A stretch of DNA of 63,168 nucleotides, the filler included, from Choristocarpus tenellus KU-1152 (Eukaryota > Protista > Phaeophyceae): the NCBI GenBank assembly GCA_964200185.2. It is 13 parts of 13 records of this genome, joined end to end, with 100 filler letters (N's around TTAATTAATTAA, not from the genome) between each part and the next. Parts side by side here need not be neighbours in the genome. Positions count along the whole stretch, not along the records: positions 48,448 to 53,990 come from CAXNAD020010464.1; positions 54,091 to 57,449 come from CAXNAD020020550.1; positions 57,550 to 63,168 come from CAXNAD020010230.1; 10 more parts are not named here. One strand, 5' to 3'. Made by a program: the position numbers and the translations under genes. Under the pieces are notes generated by a model, which searched no databases, had not been told where the DNA came from, and saw nothing but the letters and a program-made list of their open reading frames with translations. Below are positions 51,382-63,168 of the stretch, in pieces. How positions within the stretch are numbered: the stretch's first letter is position 1; each line of letters begins with the position of its first letter.

Positions 51382-54300
51382 CTGATCATCCAACATAAAA
51401 AAAGACAACATAAAAGAGATGCATTATTGTAAGCTGAAACAAACCACAAATACACGCACTATTGGCATAAAGTGAAAATCATAGTGATGGCATTAACATA
51501 ATGTTGGAAAAATATATCACACATACTTTAGACCAGGACAGTAGTCCAACGATCAATCTTTCCTTGTGCTGCACAGATATTGTCACATCTTTGCTTCTGG
51601 TACACATTTCAGCTCATGTGAGGGGAGGCACTGCCATCCTCCACACAAGTGGGACAACAAAAACAACAAATAATTCTGAACAACGTTGTCATTTGACCAC
51701 AGGAAGTCATACCTGGTTCTGTCTAATGAATGGTATGCTGTGACCTAACGAATGACGTAGAAGGTGTTAGAGCATAGGTCGCTTCACATTGAACTTCCAA
51801 GTGTCAAGTATTGTCCACACAGAACAAGCAGACCTTTGCCTCACAAAATAATACAAGCATTGAGTTACAGCTGAAACATATAGATCATACTCCCACTCAG
51901 TACATCGCCCTCTAGAAAAAAAGTAACCACCAAAATTCGGAACATATGACTTGCTACAAGCTACTCTGTACAGCATCAACTCAAACAGGTTCTGTGAATG
52001 AAAATACTGCTCAAAATTTAATACTTTGAGGGGATAGGGTTCGGGTGAGGCTTACGGTTAGTGGTGGGGTCGGTTTTGGAGAATATATACATACATACTT
52101 CAGCATATACCAATATAAGTGTGGTGGTGAATAAAGACACCTCGAAAAAACACACCACTGCATAATCAGATACAACACCCAACAGAAAAATAATATTATC
52201 ACAAAGCTATAACATGGTGTGCAATGCCTTAGGACTGGTATATGCAGGGGGAAAAGGTCAATTATACTGAACACAACTACAAAATATTCAAATTGGAAAA
52301 AATAAAATTAAACCCTCTAATTGGCCAGTCATTTTTCGTCATCACTATCATCTGAAATTCTCATCCTTAGAACCAGGCCTTACATCTACAAACGAAAACA
52401 GGATAAACAAAATTACTCCATTTTAACCATCCACAAAGTAGCACATCAAGATTCAATGAAAATTCTCCTTAGTTGGAAGCTTCAAAATATTGTACAAAAT
52501 TAAGAACCAAATCTCAGTTTAGAAAAACGAAAATTTTCCAATGGATAAAATCAAACCTAAGTCATAGCCCTAACAGAACTCCAACCAACCACAACACTGC
52601 TCACTTAACTCTCCTTCACTTTCATAATTCAAGCTACAATCCTATACAAACATCCAAAGATAACACATCCCAGTACCCCCATCCTCACTAACAAGTACAA
52701 TTTATTGAACAGAACTCTTAAACAAGATATTCCCCACATGGTCAAAGCACCCATCAAAAAACACCAGAGAATTCAACAGGCAACGTTAGGAGGTTGGTTA
52801 CAGTAAGGAAGGGGAATGTCTCACTACACCAAGGTAGACTGGTAGCACCTTGCACCTCCATTGATGCTATATTTAAGGGACACAACTTGCCAATCTCACT
52901 CCATTTCAAGTGGTTCTGAGAATTTCTGACTCCCCACCTTACCTGATCTTATCAAGGCAATGTTACCAAGCAGACGAAGGAGTTCAATAGATTAAGGACT
53001 GTGCATTCTAGGCTGTATCACACCATAAAACTATTTCCAACCAATTCATGCTGTAACAGTTGCAAGGGAAAGAAAATGTATCTATGGGGGTAGAGTCAAT
53101 ATTGGCGAATCTCAACAATCAAATCACGTTATGTTCCCACTTTAGAGTACGCCAGTCTTGGAGATCAATACTTGGCATCCAATAAACCTTAGGCTGAAGG
53201 AAAACCTTGCCAGGCTAGATGATCTCAGGACGCCACAGGATTTCAGGGCTGCTCAGTGGTGGTAATATTTAACTGAAACACTTAGCACTTGTGTGAAGTT
53301 CATCAAGACAGACATGAGTGTATCGTTCATGTATATTTCTGGCCTTCATTGATTGCTGGAACATCTAGATCCTCAGAGATGAGAAGGTTCATCAACATAG
53401 ACTTAGCTGCGCAGTTCGTGGACATTTCTGGCCCCTGTTGAGATGCTTCCAGAAATTCAAACCTCATGCTTTCGTCACTACCCCTAATCCATGATTTGGA
53501 ATGTGGTACAAGCAAGGGACTGAAACTATGACAAAATTGTGTTAAACGACATATCTCTAACTCCCTCATGTGTACCAAAGCAAAAATGGTGGAAGCAGAG
53601 ACTTGCAAGTGAACAGTCATCGTGAGCATCTCCATCACTCATGTGTCTCACTTATTAGTCACTGAGGACAAAGGCTAATACCAAAGGGTTAAGGTTCGAA
53701 GTAGTTGTAAGGACCACATAGATGTATAGTGGAGGCCAGACACACCCAAAAACAATACATTGAAGTGACTGTTAATTAACCTCTTCACTCCACAAGACCA
53801 AAACATCCCAGCTATATCATACAATCTCCAAGACATGATTTCTCCCAAACTGCATGCCAAAAACTTGTCACAATCCAGAGTTGGCCATTACACAGTCCAT
53901 GTTTTCTCACTACCAACTTGACACTAGAAAAAAAAAAACTGAATAAAGAGGGTTATGAAGGAGCTATTGTAGTGATGGAAGGCAAAAGGGNNNNNNNNNN
54001 NNNNNNNNNNNNNNNNNNNNNNNNNNNNNNNNNNTTAATTAATTAANNNNNNNNNNNNNNNNNNNNNNNNNNNNNNNNNNNNNNNNNNNNCCCCCCCCAA
54101 GATACTTCGACCCTTATTGTTTCAGGTGTTGCTGTTTGTATGATACATGTCCCATACACCATGCCATCAATCTTGGCATTGACTTCAGAACAAAACTTGT
54201 GGATCCAAAATTCGCATTCTGAACGTAAAATGCACTGCAAAATAGTGTACTGCAGGATTGGAAGTAGTTAATCAATTGATTTGAATATATATATATATAT

Positions 54301-57077
54301 ATATAGTCAAAATATTAATCTGGCCACAAATCTGCACAGAACGTTGCATGCACTGAAGTCAGTAATAGTAAAGTATATAAAAAAGGACAAGGGTCTACCT
54401 CAAAGTGACGGAGTGGAAACATTGGAATATACTGAAGTAGTTCGATAATCCCAACAGATCTCAAATCAGAGCAAATGCATGTGTGCACATATTGAATCAA
54501 TAATGCCCAAAGGTTTCCCCAATCACTATGGGAACTAAGGTAATTAATATATTCGTGTCCCTGGTAATTTGCAGCGTTGGGCCTGAGATTCTCCCAAGCG
54601 CTCAACACATGGCAGTCAGCATCAGCTTTGGCTATGCTATATAAAAATGCATAGCATTGATTCAACAACAGACGTGACTTCTGTATTGGGTCCATCTGCC
54701 AAGGCTCAGGTCCTGTACTGCATATGCCAATGCTAGTTCATCAACGGCAGCATCCTCTAGTCCACGTACAAACGCTCACACCAACTTTCTTCAACTAATA
54801 GTATTTTTAAGGGTCCTACACGGTTGGACTTCCACTGGTCGGTTACAATTACGTAATAGTTGGGTACATTGCTCCCTCTTCATCCTTAGATCCAACATTC
54901 TCCATGTTCAATCTATTATAATTACCTCTCACATATTAGAATAGACCTATGGAAATTTCCCAATTTCTTACATCCAAATGATACGCCCAGCTTCAACAGT
55001 ATATATAAGGTACAATTTAATAAGGCTTGTTACAGTAGTGATTTTCACACTTCAATACAATGGTGGTAATTTTGAAAAAATGGTACTGTACAATAAGGTC
55101 TACAATGAAATAAACTGTACGATACGTAAATGGAAATTTTGATTTTTTTAAAATACGATACGGTAGAATATCTTTTGATCCTCGTAACTATAACCTCAAC
55201 ACCTTCGCGGTGGAAGTTTTGGGCGCCTCGGCAAGCAAGCGGGTTTCCTGGATGAGGTAGGTACACATACGGTAGGGGGGAGAGGGACTGGAGGCTACAG
55301 CATAAAAGGGGCTGTCAAATCTCGTCTATGACAGATAGCTTTAGTCACAACGCAAGTAGCTCTATCTAGACAGGTCATGCGTTTTAAGCTGGAGTCACGA
55401 GGGAGATGGGCAAGGAGGGGTTTGTTAGATTCTTGGGATGCTTCCCTAGCTCCTCACCCTGGGGGTACAGGAATAGGTTTGAGACACAGGAAGGCAGTAG
55501 TACATGTATATATATATATATATATATTTTTTTCTTTCCCATGAGACATATGCAAAATATCATAGGGTAATAATAATAAAATGTATATTAGTGTTACGTA
55601 TTATGCTCTGACATTTTGGAGGCGTGTCAGGGAAAAAACCAAAGAAAATAATTCAAATGTCAGGATAACCCCTAAAAAAGTAAGAGTTGTTTAATCTATT
55701 TACTATTTTACTACCATCTATGCTATACCACTGCCCTCCTGTGTCTCCGACCAAGTTTAGTCCTGCATCCGTCCATATAGCATGGTAGCAACTACCTATA
55801 GATACTTTGGACGGAAACAGTCCCCTGACACATCTGCAAAACGATAGAGGGCATAATAATATAAACAGTAAGGTCGTTCTGGAATTACCATGGTATGGTA
55901 TGGTAGGGACTATGGTTGAGTGTTTTCGACAGCAAAGGTGCGATAATTCTGGAATTACCATGGGATGATACGGTAGAGCTGCTACTGACATCAAAATCCC
56001 ATGGTATGGTGGAGTACTGTCCAAATACCGTAGTCATTACCGCTTCAGTCAACCCTGTGACGAGTCTTGAATTTAATAGCACGGGACTCCAGAGCATCAT
56101 CTTAACACCAACAATTCAACACCATGGGCATCATTGAACTAGATACATCTAGGCAAAGATATGCAGTACAGCAGGGAAGTATATATAGCCAAAACATCAA
56201 CAGCAAGTCCATTTTGAGAAAAATGTGAAGATTCCTGCCAACCAGATAGTGGGGGAACCAGCAGATTAGTACAACATCGTAAGGTGTACCGCCAATATAC
56301 TTACATACCACTGATGGTATACTGTCAATACTTCATATTTTCATCTGGTTCTACTACAGTCATACTGTTCCACCGACTCAACCACTTGTACATTTACCTC
56401 CTTGCAGTTACAGCATACTCAAAGGAGTGTCTGGCCACACCACTCTTTTCAAGACACAGCCTATATAATCCGTGAAGAAGTTATGTAATCGAAAATTATC
56501 TCCAGTGACAGAAGAAAAATCCGTTCTAAACTAAGCACACCTTTCCCAATGCCGCCCACCACCTTCACCTTCCCGTCATCCCCCATTCCCCCTGCTAATC
56601 TGGCACACACATCTGGGGGTGGTTTTCCTGTTGTAGGTAATAAGCTTGCCCTGTTATTTCTTTGTATCCATTTTGAAGTATACTAAATAATCTTTACAGA
56701 TTGGTGCCACTAATGATATGTTATATTCAATGCCTACAACTACTACACAGAAAGGTTATGGTAGTTTGGGTGTATATGAGCTGATCCAATTGGTGCCAGG
56801 AAAACAACAAAATAAGATTGATTTGAAGGGAAACGGCAAGATGCTCTTCCGTTGCCGTTCCTCTTCCTCTTCTTCTCACAAGTCTCCAAATCTGATCCTT
56901 CTAAGTTCAAAACAAATGTGTGTCAATCAGTCAGCACACCCACCCACACAACATACATATGAAGCACTCCTGAGAAGTAACCACAAAGCACTTCCCATCG
57001 CCCCAAAAGAAGGTCAAAGTGTGTGAAAGTACCCAAGCTATCTATTTCATTCTCCACACTACTGTCTGTCGAGTTAC

Positions 57078-57245
57078 CTTCCTTCAATGGTACGTTCAGG
57101 TTGAAGTTGTGTCCCTTTCCGATGCCCTTCTCGGAGCTCCTCCCTGTCCCTGGAAAGAATCCCTTTCCCAGGTGGTGAAAACTCACGGACATGATCCTGT
57201 CTGACAGGTAGAACGCCTCCTGGCAGCCATCACCATGGTGCACAT
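57078..57245 (-). CDS. Internal exon of a class I histone deacetylase
   Basis: [35 protein letters not shown]...[17 protein letters not shown]; CAG acceptor and GTAACT donor, phase 1-1. Confidence 0.93.
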
Positions 57246-57724
57246 CTGGCACCTCAAGTCGGAAAGTAAGGGGAAGGGGGAAAGGGGGAGGTCTTGGGAT
57301 GTGGCAGAAGTAGGGTTTCGCTCAATACTTCTTTCTTGTCCTTATGCAATATTTTTGTCAGTGTAGGTGTTAGGGCAGGGGGGGGGGGGAGGGGGCACAA
57401 ATAATGCATGGTAGAGAGGAAGCAATTGAGAACCCTTACCAAAAAAATANNNNNNNNNNNNNNNNNNNNNNNNNNNNNNNNNNNNNNNNNNNNTTAATTA
57501 ATTAANNNNNNNNNNNNNNNNNNNNNNNNNNNNNNNNNNNNNNNNNNNNGGTACTGTATGGGTAACTTTGCCCTTTACGGTTGTCCCGTCAAAACGTTTG
57601 ATGTAGACATCGGATTAAAAAAATAAAAGCATATTCGTGATGCCCGTCACAAGGCCCTATAGAGTATGGGCTTCGTGTGTGTTTTTTTTCGCCATTTCCA
57701 ATGCTGAGTCGTCGTAATTCCCTT

Positions 57725-60624
57725 TTAACATTGGCTGTCCTTGGCCTCATCCACCCCATCAGCATCACCATCATTGCTATCCTCAGTCTCCTTCACCTCG
57801 CTGTCATCATAAATGCTGTCCTCAATCTCCTCCACAAGTTCACCATTATCCCAGGTGTCTTCAGATTCATCACCATTTTCTCGTCCACCGTCAATCCAGG
57901 TGATTCCATCATCATCATCACATTCACCCACCATCTCCTGGATTTCTGCAGTCCTTCTGCGTGCATGTGGAGGAAGGAAGTACTCTGGAGTGTCATCCAA
58001 ATCTTCTTCATCTCGGTCTAAATCAGAGATTGGAAAACGAACTCTGCCATCCTTGGTGGGGTGCCAATGTATGTCGGATCTCTGAAGCACACGGTTAGTG
58101 CTGCAGTCTAGTATGCGGAAGGTGCCACGGGGTTGATTTTCAGATATATCAACCATGATGCACTGCTTCCCTCGGCTCCCAAGCTTGTGTCCAGGAATAG
58201 ACTTGTAGTATCCAGGGATGCCAAAAGCTGGGACACTAGCTAGTGATCCAACTTCCCCATAGAGTGCAGAATAGGGGGAGGTCCCCTTATTAGCAACAGT
58301 TGAGCTTCTGTTGAGGATGTAGACTGAGTGATTGTATGCTTCTCCCCATAACCACATTTTATCCTCCAATCCCGCAGAATAAATGCTGGCCCTGGCACCA
58401 CTATCCACTTGAGCAATGCGACGTTCGGCAACACCATTATACTGAGGTTCCCCTGTCCTAGTCATTCCTGCACCACACCCATTTCCGTCCCAAATCCTGG
58501 AATCCCTCACTCTGCCACTCACCCCCTGGGTCATGTCGGATGTAGTGAATTCGCCGCCCACTGGGGAGTACCTCAGCCCTGAACCATCGTCTAAGGGCCT
58601 TGGCAGCATTACTCTTCTTCTGGAGCAGTCGTATCCATGTGAAGCGAGACACATCATCGACAATTGCCAGGGCGTACTCAGCCCCACCGAGGGACTTAAC
58701 TGTCTTGGGTCCTGTAAGGTCAATAGAAATGCGAGTGAAGGGTCCCCTAGCGCATACATTGGTGGACTTGGGGACGTGATCTTTTATCCTAATCCCTTTT
58801 GTGCATCCAATGCACTTCGTCGATGTTAGATTCCCGGACAGTGTGATTCCTTGCTCATGTGCTGTTTGTCGAAGGATTTGCTCACCAGCATGGTTGAGAA
58901 TGCGGCGAAAAACGTTGATGTGCATGGGTGTTGAAGAGGCAGTTGCGGCCAAAGGAGTTTCTCCTGGGGGTGGTAACCTTTCGGCGTTAGCTGCGTACAT
59001 GGATCCATTCCACTTAAAAACGAGCGGAAGATCCTCCCCATCATCTATGTGGTATGCATCATTAGTCAATTTGATGATCACTTCCTTAGCCCTACTAGCA
59101 GAATGCGCAGAAAGAAGATTGAAAGCTATCTTCGGGACAAGTGCAACAGACGTCAACGTAACATTCACCCACTCATCGTGGCCAACATTGAAACTCAAAT
59201 CAATTTTGCCGTACCCTACAATGGGTAGTGATGTACCATCAGCCACAGTTATTTTGAGGCCTTGTGGACAAGTGGTGAATTCATACATATGAGTCGAGTC
59301 ATTTGTTACACTATTGGAGGCCCCGAATCAAAACACCACGTTTCGAGAGCATTCAAACTCAACTCGCCATTGTTAGTCATTGCGGCTAACATGGTCTTAA
59401 ATTTCCTCCCTGATCTAGTCGGTTCCTCTGATCCTGCTAGTTCTTTCGCCAACTTGAGCGGAGTCGCCCTCTGGCGATATATATTACCCACCGACTTTGG
59501 TGGTTCTGCTCTCCTCTGAGAACAAACAGCTTGCCGGTGTCATTTGCTCCCGCAGCTGTAGCACAGTCCTTTATATGTGCTAGGACCTGTGTGTTTTCCC
59601 AGTCCGCACATTATGCATATTTCTTTAGCCCTGGCCAGCCTCCTGGGACCGGATCCTGTCATCCCAGGGTCTGTACGATGACCGGTCGTACCTTTGTTCC
59701 TTCCCGGTTAACCTTTTGTTGGGTCTGGGTGGAAAGAGCACTACCTGGCTCCCCGCGATCAGCTGCTTCCCGTTGGAGTGAGAAGTAACGCGAATGAGCA
59801 GCTTGTTGTATCATAGCTCTCGAACGATCACTTTTGTTATGGTGCTGGAGATAGTGTTTGGTGATCTGGTAGTCATCCAAACAGTCTAACATAGCGATTT
59901 CTAGGACCTGCTCGGACATCACATGCCCCATCATCGCCACCAGGCCCACCCAGTTCAGCATCATCGTGAAAGTGATTTGGGGATCTGATCCCCGAGGCAT
60001 CTTGACCTTCATAACTTTCCCTTGGAGTCTGGCTATTTCCTCATTTGACTGAATAAGGAAGTGTTCACGTAGTTGTTTCCAGGCTCCTGAAGGTGAGGCA
60101 GCATTCCGGATTATACACCAGTAAATCCCACTGATGCTCCTCAGCAGGACGTCATGCGCTTTCTTGGCCTTGGTGACCTCTTCTTAACTCACATCCTCCC
60201 CCTTGATGAAGTTAGAGTGAAAGTATCTTAGAGGGTACGAGGTCTGCCCTGTTTGTCCGTTTAGGGCTTGACTTCCCACGTTTTTTTTATGACATTTTCC
60301 TACTCCGAAATGTTTCGGAGGAGATAAAATGTATGCACTATGAAAAGGTATGTCTGGAACAAAGATACACTTCCTATCAAACGCCATAGCCAAAATTACA
60401 TCCAAATCTCAACATTGGATTTCGGTCCCCAAACGGACACGGCTCTACCCTCTAAGATACTTTTACTCTAAATGTCTCCCACTCTAAGAGGCTCCACCCT
60501 GTGCTCCAATGCTTCACCAATATCATCTTTAGCGCCTAAGAAGGGCACGGGTTGTGGCGAACCAGTCAGCATAATTGTCTTTGGACAATTGAAGAAGTTT
60601 GGTGTGGAAACCGTCTAACGCCAT
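57725..60624 (-). mobile_element. Degenerate Ty1/Copia element: gag, protease, GAG-pre-integrase and integrase; RT/RNase H not present
   Basis: gag LSKDNYADWFATTRALL and AASPSGAWKQL; protease WCFDSG and ITVADG...GYGKI...FNLLS; LNH...CIGC; IDLTGP, IVDDVSRFTW, IRHDPGGEW, PQYNGVAERRI, LWGEAYNHSVYILNR. Stops and frameshifts present. Confidence 0.93.
60215..60468 (-). mobile_element. MITE family A nested in the Copia gag
   Basis: Both TIRs present; the gag frame resumes across it (VGDI | NFIKGEDV). Confidence 0.9.
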
Positions 60625-60859
60625 AACTGATGTAAACCAACCAAAACAACTCCAGCTCCAGCTGCGCCTCGTCTAGCTAGAGTGCGCTGTTAAGGTACTT
60701 GAGCGTGCAAAAAAACTTCACGCAGGAAGGGCTCGTCACCACGAGCTGCTGGTTGAGTTATATGGTGAACATACACTGGTTATTAATTTTCTGCTGGACC
60801 TTTGTCTTAGCCATCCAATATCTGTAATGTCTTGCATCATCTGTTAAAACTATACTCTA

Positions 60860-62100
60860 CTCTAGAAGGAGGTCAGCTATTACGAGACTGAGGAGCAATG
60901 ATCACAATTTTATTGGTCTTCGAGGGCTCAGCCTCAGCCAACACTTTTTCTGCAGCATCAGCGGATAGAACGCTTTTCCTTCTCTGTCTTGAGATTGGAC
61001 AAGCTTCCTGCCTCGCCCGTCTTACGCCTCAGCCTGCCTTAATCGTCAACTTTTCTGCCTCCCTGATTTGCCTGGGCGTGATGCCCATTGGTCCGTCTCC
61101 CTGCTACCCTTGGGTTGAGTCTCGACACTGCCCTGTACAAAAACTACCGATCTCCCGGGAATCTCTGCTCCTAGTGCACGTGTCGAACTTGGAGAAGTAG
61201 GATTCCACCAGCTGGTGGTGGGTGGGTGCTGTGTAAACCCAGAGTCAAAGGAAACGAGAGGTAGTCGTAGTTGCACTTTTAGGATGCTGACAAATATGTG
61301 TAAAACTCGCCTTTTTTTACAAACATGTATAGAACATTTTCTAAATTTCTGTAAATAATACATGCAAAAATTATATCCACCCTTTCCACACACAGTGTAA
61401 TTTCACAATTCAGCGAAGACTCTTTCTCCAGTTGTACAAAATGGCAATTTTTTTCTCTTTGTCGGGATACTTATATTGCAACCCTGCCTACCTGTGAGCT
61501 GGTTCGACTCGGTTGCAGATTCAGAACATTCCCGTAGCTCTTTCATTAACGCTGGGGAATCCTTTGTCAATCCAAACCAACCATTGGTCTGCTTCTGCTT
61601 GTGAACATCTGGCTCTGCATCTCTTTGCAAGGTCAACCGCTTCTACAAGACAATAACCATGGCGGGAGACAGAGATAGCGTCCACCATCAGGGGTGCTGA
61701 AGTTTCCACCCTCCCCAAGGATCCAGTGATAGACCCAGTCCAGCAGCAGGTTTTCCAGTCGGCTGGCGAACACTGCCTGCACACGCATCAAGGGGTCGTG
61801 TAGCTGAAAATAGGATTCCCACCAGTAAAGCCCAAGTCGTGCACCCAGCAAGTGGCGTAATGCCCAATTGGTCACGGCAAGGAAATCGTCCCACCAGGGA
61901 CACTACATATCCCACATCACCATCCATTTTGTCTCTGCCGAGCACACAACCTTCTTTTCCCATTTTGATCCCATGAGGCGCTCGACCAAATTGCACGACT
62001 CCTCCCACAAGTATTTGCACCTCGTTGAATGGGACAAGCTATACCACATATTATCGCACAGGGCGATCAAGTGTGGTGTTTCCCACACATGTAGCTTATA
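60860..62100 (-). pseudogene. Disrupted coding-like tract, possibly a hAT-like transposase relic
   Basis: Near-continuous frame 62088-61633 with one stop; ETKW (TRW-like) and downstream THHQLVESYFS (xxERxFS-like) in the expected order. Confidence 0.3.
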
Positions 62101-62594
62101 TTTTGGGTCAGAGGTAGTATAATGATTTTATAGGGTGAAATAATATTTGGATTGCGATATATCCTTGCATCAGTAAGTTTGTTAAAGATATTTCGAAGAT
62201 TCAACAGTAGTAGTAGTAAGGTATACTAGATGTCACCATTTCTCGTTCTTACTTCCACTGTACCAACCACTTACCGACATTACCTACCCCATGGATACAT
62301 ACACGCTACATACAGGGATTACACACAACAGGATAATATCTTCGCTTATCCGTAAATTTCTGTTACAACACATGACTGTTTCCAATGTTTGCAATATTGG
62401 AGGGAGTTTGTGTACTTCGTATCTTTGCACGATCCACACGCTTCGAACAAATCATGATATAAGTAATTTATTTTTCACAAACTGGTACCAAAAAGTATAT
62501 ACATATATTCGAATGAGTGGTAAAGATCCACAGATCATTTATAACCAGGAATCCCACACCACAAAACATGTACTCAATACAACTCGATGATGAG

Positions 62595-62870
62595 GAATTG
62601 TGTACAAATCTCGATTTGATGATATCGGTGATTTGTTACCTCATCTTTGTCTACAAATCTCAAATTGTGATTCAACAGGAAAGAACAATTGTGTACAACT
62701 ACTATTTTCTGATATAATAGGAAAGAAAATCGTGTACAAATATTCTGGTGTATTTTAATAGGAAAGACCAATCGTCCACAAAATCATTTTGACTTGATGG
62801 GAAAGAACAATTGTATGCAAAGTTTAGCAATGTTGAGATTTAACAGGAAAGAGCAAACGTGTACAAATCT
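62595..62870. repeat. Degenerate tandem repeat (~40-45 bp)
   Basis: Recurrent GGAAAGAACAATTGTGTACAAAT variants. Confidence 0.7.
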
Positions 62871-63031
62871 CAGTTTACTAGCATTCAAATTTCACACAGT
62901 ATTTCGTCCCCATGTGGATAGTACTGGAAAATATCACCCCCTTCCAAACTATCGCTTTGTTTTGCTCACAAATTCTGGATTATTATTATTATTTTGCACA
63001 TTCCTATTTTCTTATTCCTCTATCCTCTATT

Positions 63032-63168
63032 CCCCATTTGATGACCAACCAGTGCGAATGCCCTTCGTCACTGATTGCCAGCCATCCCCATTGGATGACC
63101 AACCAGTGCGAATGCCCTTCGTCACTGATTGCCAGCCATCCCATTCTATGACCAACCAGTGCGAATGC
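63032..63168. repeat. Minisatellite, 53-54-bp unit, runs off the window end
   Basis: ATGACCAACCAGTGCGAATGCCCTTCGTCACTGATTGCCAGCCATCCCCATTGG at 63041, 63095 and (partial) 63148. Confidence 0.95.

Noticed and set aside
60688-60771. 5' LTR of the Copia element (TGTT...AACA)
   Set aside because: Only 84 bp, with no second copy and no recognisable PBS, so it cannot be supported.
63032-63168. CRISPR-like array
   Set aside because: Head-to-tail units with no unique spacers and no cas genes, in a eukaryotic context.

Overview
This is eukaryotic DNA, not a prokaryotic locus, and it is not contiguous. Twelve identical artificial 100-nt spacers (44 N + TTAATTAATTAA + 44 N) join 13 contigs, so adjacency only has meaning inside a contig. 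Intron-rich genes, bipartite plastid-targeting presequences, a bZIP-PAS factor and TTAGGG tracts point to a photosynthetic stramenopile, probably a brown alga or close relative (inference). Hand-built gene models: plastid ClpS (4 exons) head-to-head with a second plastid-targeted gene; a bZIP-PAS transcription factor (4 exons); histone H1 (3 exons); the last two exons of a ZZ zinc-finger gene; the 5' half of GDP-L-fucose synthase; a large unknown gene with a GC-AG intron; and one class I HDAC exon. The rest is mostly decayed TEs (Gypsy, Copia, RTE-like LINE, possible DNA transposases) and a ~260-bp MITE family with 9 clear copies. The most interesting signal is hidden from the ORF track. Downstream of the intact H1 gene, which carries a histone-type 3' stem-loop despite having introns, lies what looks like a compact fossil of all four core histones. 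H2A is clear, H3 is probable, and H4 and H2B are tentative. The decay pattern suggests CpG deamination. All alignments were made by eye from remembered consensus sequences; no database search was run.
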